From Candidatus Danuiimicrobium aquiferis (GTDB taxonomy: Bacteria > Omnitrophota > Omnitrophia > Omnitrophales > Danuiimicrobiaceae): DNA of 64,000 nucleotides. The notes under the pieces were generated by a model, which worked only from the letters and a program-made list of their open reading frames with translations, was not told the DNA's origin and did no database searches. The stretch is from assembly GCA_001804285.1 (NCBI GenBank), contig MHFR01000053.1, positions 79,857 to 143,856 of the forward strand. Direction: 5' to 3'. The position numbers and the translations under genes are program-made. This document shows, one piece after another, positions 60,670 through 64,000 of this stretch. Positions within the stretch are counted from its first letter, which is position 1. Each line of letters starts with the position of its first letter.

Positions 60670-62535
60670 TTAAATTCTTCCGGAGTCGCGATTAATTTTC
60701 AAAACGGTTGGATTAACAGGAGATATTAACAAATCTTCAAGCGACGCCGGAATGACCATGGTCCAATTTCGGTCACTCATCGTTCCCGGAAAATTAATCC
60801 GGAATTCCCAGAGATCAGAAATGCCTAAATCCGCAAGCGAAAGCCAATCTTGCAAAAGCTGAATGCTGAATATGGAACTTGCTTCATGTGCTCGCTCAAA
60901 TGCCCTTCTCACAAGTTCCGGATAATCTTTCTTCTTCGGCATAGTCGGAATTCCAAGAAATTTTAAGAATTTTTCTTTTTCATCAACCGTTCCTTTATAA
61001 ATATCGGCCAAGTTCCAAACTTGATCGTAACTTTTCCCCAAGACCTCAAGCAAACGATCAACACTATTAATTTCTTTGCGCCAACGAAGTCTGCCATGTT
61101 TTGATTTTTTTATATCAAAAAGCGCTTCTTTGATTTGATCAAAGGGAATCCCTTTTTCACTGCATTTCCGTCTGAATAAAATTTCATCCGCCGTTCCGGC
61201 TTCGAATTCCCACCACCCGAGAAACGAACTCATATCATGTGTCGAAATCGTCGCGATAGAGTGTTTGCGATATAATTCCGGCGCCTTAAAATCGTAAGTC
61301 TTATTCCAGTCTCGACTCCAGCGTTGGACATCCATTCCCGGAATTCCGTATTCTTCAAGCGTTTGAAATGAACACATCGGAATCGTCCCCAAATCCTCGC
61401 CGCAGGGAAGCATTTTAGAATTTCCAATCATCACGGATATAATGTTCCGGCCGTGATCATTCCATACGCATTCTTCCGGTGGGTCAAAAAAGCCTCTCAT
61501 CCCTTCATGCTCCGGAGGCTCTGAAATTGAAATGGCCCATACCCGAAATAAACCCACAAAATGATCGATCCGATACAGATCAAAAAAACGATCCGCATAT
61601 TGTAATTTTTTAACGAGATACGCATATCCGTCTCTCTCAATTTCTTCCCATCGATAGGGCGGCATCCCCCAACGCTGGCCGTTCGCATAATAAGGATCCG
61701 GCGGCGCACCGGAAGCAAGGTCCAACTTAAAATAATTCTGATGTGCCCAAACATCCGCACTATTTCGCGATACCAGAAATGGAAAATCCCCCATTAAAAA
61801 CACTTTTTGTTTTTCCGCATACTGTTTGACGCTTGAAAATTGTTCATAAATTTGCCATTGCAGCCATTCTTGAAAATTAATTTGCTGATAATGTCCTTCC
61901 ATATATTTATCAATCGCATGTTCGTCCCGGTATTTAAACTCATCCGGCCACGAATCCCAACCGCTGTAATCGAATTCTTCCTGGATCGATTTGAAAAGAG
62001 CATAGTCCTTCAGCCAATTCCGATTGGCTTGAACATAGGCTTCAAACCGGGAACTTTTCTTGCTTCCGCAATGAGTAAATATAATTCGTAATAATTCGAG
62101 TTTTGCTTTTTTAATCCGGTAATTGACTTTTTTTCTATCGGCGGGAAAATTCTTGCGGAGAGCGTTGATTTGATCCTGATAACTTCTGATGTCGACTTCA
62201 ACCAATTGCTCAAGCGATAAATACATGGGATCGAAAGCAATTGTACTTTGGGCATCATACGGCCGGAAATCGAACCCGACATCATTCAGCGGCAACATTT
62301 GAATAATGCTCAGTCCGACAGATTTCGACCAATCGATGATCAATTTCAGATCCGGGAATTCACCGATACCGATGCTTTCCTTCGAATAAACGGAAAAAAG
62401 CGGCAATGCAACACCGGCGCGTTTTTTGACGCCAATTCGTTTCCATTGTTTACCGGTGAGGCAGGAAAGAAAATGTTGATAAGCTTCATCCATAGCAAGA
62501 CGCTTCGCCTGTGCTTCCATCTTTAGGTTTTGCAT
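60670..62535 (-). CDS. malQ: 4-alpha-glucanotransferase (amylomaltase, GH77)
   Basis: GH77 pattern, including the ...DHFVGLFRVW... catalytic region. Confidence 0.75.
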   Translation of the reverse strand: MQNLKMEAQAKRLAMDEAYQHFLSCLTGKQWKRIGVKKRAGVALPLFSVYSKESIGIGEFPDLKLIIDWSKSVGLSIIQMLPLNDVGFDFRPYDAQSTIAFDPMYLSLEQLVEVDIRSYQDQINALRKNFPADRKKVNYRIKKAKLELLRIIFTHCGSKKSSRFEAYVQANRNWLKDYALFKSIQEEFDYSGWDSWPDEFKYRDEHAIDKYMEGHYQQINFQEWLQWQIYEQFSSVKQYAEKQKVFLMGDFPFLVSRNSADVWAHQNYFKLDLASGAPPDPYYANGQRWGMPPYRWEEIERDGYAYLVKKLQYADRFFDLYRIDHFVGLFRVWAISISEPPEHEGMRGFFDPPEECVWNDHGRNIISVMIGNSKMLPCGEDLGTIPMCSFQTLEEYGIPGMDVQRWSRDWNKTYDFKAPELYRKHSIATISTHDMSSFLGWWEFEAGTADEILFRRKCSEKGIPFDQIKEALFDIKKSKHGRLRWRKEINSVDRLLEVLGKSYDQVWNLADIYKGTVDEKEKFLKFLGIPTMPKKKDYPELVRRAFERAHEASSIFSIQLLQDWLSLADLGISDLWEFRINFPGTMSDRNWTMVIPASLEDLLISPVNPTVLKINRDSGRI

Positions 62536-62565
62536 GATCTACGATTGGTTAGAATTGTTCCCGAA

Positions 62566-62976
62566 TTACTCAACACCAAATTCAAATTCTCGCAAACACT
62601 CAAGTGTTTTTTCGGGATTCTCAGTTTTGATAACAATACAACCGGTACTTTGACTGCTGCCGGCAGTACAATACGCATATGAAATATTAATATCCGCCCG
62701 CGCAAGTTTTTCTGCAATGCGGGAAAGCGTTCCCGGTTTATTGTCAACTTGAAGGACAACGACATCTTGTTCCATCAAATAAAAATCTTCTTGTTCAATG
62801 AGAAGAAGAGCTTTGGTTGGATTATCTACTAAAAGCCGGACAACAGCATTATCAACGGTATCGTGAACCGAAAGTGCCTGGATATTAATACTGGCTTCAC
62901 AAAGAACATTACAGATACGCGCTAATAAACCCGGCCGGTTTTCCAAAAAAACAGAAATTTGCTTTTGAATTGGCAT
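62566..62976 (-). CDS. ACT-domain protein (tandem ACT)
   Basis: Two beta-alpha-beta-beta-alpha-beta units: VFLENRPGLLARICNVL..., VLQVDNKPGTLSRIAEKL. Confidence 0.6.
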   Translation of the reverse strand: MPIQKQISVFLENRPGLLARICNVLCEASINIQALSVHDTVDNAVVRLLVDNPTKALLLIEQEDFYLMEQDVVVLQVDNKPGTLSRIAEKLARADINISYAYCTAGSSQSTGCIVIKTENPEKTLECLREFEFGVE

Positions 62977-63103
62977 ATTAAAACCCTCGCTTACGGCGAC
63001 AAAAATTCACGCTTGTTAAGAATTTATCCTTGTAAAGCGATTATGATACCACTTCACTTATAAAATTGCATTCATTTTTCGCAAACGCACTGGATTTTAT
63101 GCT

Positions 63104-63283
63104 TTATCCGAATAGCGCCTCACCTTTTGCCCAATTTTCTCCATTCACTTCATCAAAAACAATATAGGTCTGATTCTTTGCTTTTCTGGCGTGTGATAGG
63201 AGCGAATTTGAAATATCAGCCGCAATATTTTTCTTTTGCTTTTTTGAAAGTTTTCCGACCACTTTCACATTTACATACGGCAT
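63104..63283 (-). CDS. 4-oxalocrotonate tautomerase family protein (59 aa). It is absent from the ORF track, probably because it is under 60 aa.
   Basis: Translation is MPYVNVKVVGKLSKKQKKNIAADISNSLLSHARKAKNQTYIVFDEVNGENWAKGEALFG*, with Pro1 after Met and GGAGA RBS. Confidence 0.7.
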   Translation of the reverse strand: MPYVNVKVVGKLSKKQKKNIAADISNSLLSHARKAKNQTYIVFDEVNGENWAKGEALFG

Positions 63284-63365
63284 TGATCATTCTCCTTATT
63301 TTTAAAAATTTTTTATGTTGATCATGGTTCTTAATTTACGGTTTTCCCCAGCCGATAATGAATCC

Positions 63366-64000
63366 ATGAACAACAAAAAGCAAGTGATTATTACAACTAT
63401 CATTATATTAGTGATCACAGCTGCTTTATTCAAACTCTTTTGGAAACCAACGCAAACTCCTCCATTAAAAACCTCCCAAACCATTTCGATTGCAGCCGTC
63501 GCTGACAAAATCGAACTATCCCCAGCACCGGTACAAGAAAAGAAAACTTTCCGGAAAAAATTGCTTAGAATTATTTTCCCGTTCCGAAGACAACAATCGT
63601 CAAAACCGCAATCTACTTTTTCCCAAGCGGCAAGAAGCTTGGTCCCTCCTCTTGAACTTTTTTATCAATATTTTGATTTTAACCAAAAAAATGCGCTTCG
63701 AAACTGGGAGGAAAAAATATTTTCAAACAGGGTAAAATATGACGTCGATTTCCAAGGACCCGACGGGTTTGTTCACGGCACAAGCCTTAAGGCAGCCTCG
63801 GCAATTTACTGCCGTATCAAATATGACTTGTCGGATTATCCTTATCTGTCGTGGAAATGGCGCGTTGTAAAATTTCCGGATAAAACAGCCGTTAGTGATC
63901 CGAAGCAACGCGACGATTATGCCGGCCGAGTTTACGTCATTTTTATGTCACGATTCTTTACCAATTTGAAATGTATCGAATATGTATGGGATCAATTTCT
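63366..64000 (+). CDS. DUF3047-like secreted protein. It is 3'-partial and runs off the window end.
   Basis: Signal-anchor MNNKKQVIITTIIILVITAALF. Later it has YLSWKWRVVKFPDK...DDYAGRVYVIFMS, resembling the DUF3047 core. Confidence 0.45.
   Translation, partial: MNNKKQVIITTIIILVITAALFKLFWKPTQTPPLKTSQTISIAAVADKIELSPAPVQEKKTFRKKLLRIIFPFRRQQSSKPQSTFSQAARSLVPPLELFYQYFDFNQKNALRNWEEKIFSNRVKYDVDFQGPDGFVHGTSLKAASAIYCRIKYDLSDYPYLSWKWRVVKFPDKTAVSDPKQRDDYAGRVYVIFMSRFFTNLKCIEYVWDQF

Noticed and set aside
63302-63508. Minus-strand ORF 63302..63508 (68 aa)
   Set aside because: It overlaps the better-supported plus-strand DUF3047-like gene starting at 63366, which has a signal anchor and conserved core.

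Overview
This 64-kb window looks like a bacterial (Gram-negative-type) chromosomal region. All calls come from manual six-frame reading and motif recognition; no database search was run. The main finding is that positions 1..19778 are one uninterrupted minus-strand reading frame. It starts at ATG 19778 (or GTG 19727), holds about 6,590 codons inside the window, and continues past the window edge, which is why the supplied ORF track does not list it. The predicted protein has an N-terminal signal peptide and then a string of recognisable enzymatic modules: NUDIX-like, class I SAM-methyltransferase-like, GHKL/HATPase_c, a second Rossmann/MTase-like module, Pol-beta-type nucleotidyltransferase and a PPP-family metallophosphatase with GDxHG/GDxxDRG/GNHE. 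It also has a triplicated ~130-aa module carrying a conserved TSCS(S/A)CAV motif and a hydrophobic segment near the window edge. The whole window carries at least six families of short palindromic MITE/REP-like repeats, for example GGGGACAGGTTCTGA...TCAGAACCTGTCCCC, GTCATTCCCGC-N-GCGGGAATC / ATCCCCG-N-CGGGGAT, and CCTCACCCTAACCCTCTCCC...GGGAGAGGGTTAGGGTGAGG. Several copies sit in-frame inside the giant ORF and inside queG, and others create spurious N-terminal extensions in the ORF track. The rest of the window holds: queG, nth, polX, two small secreted paralogs, greA, queF, an MqnC/E-type radical-SAM gene, ispG, nadA and thiC; a lower-GC, MITE-free glycan-biosynthesis island (ABC exporter, asnB-like, GT4/GT2/DUF354 glycosyltransferases, TPR membrane protein); a type IV pilus cluster (pilin, pilC, pilB, four-helix-bundle gene, pilQ, pilP-like, pilO, fused pilMN) next to an unusual PK(I/F)KF-repeat protein and a degenerate GGDEF protein; then rlmN, corA, malQ, an ACT protein, a 59-aa tautomerase missed by the track, and a partial DUF3047-like gene.
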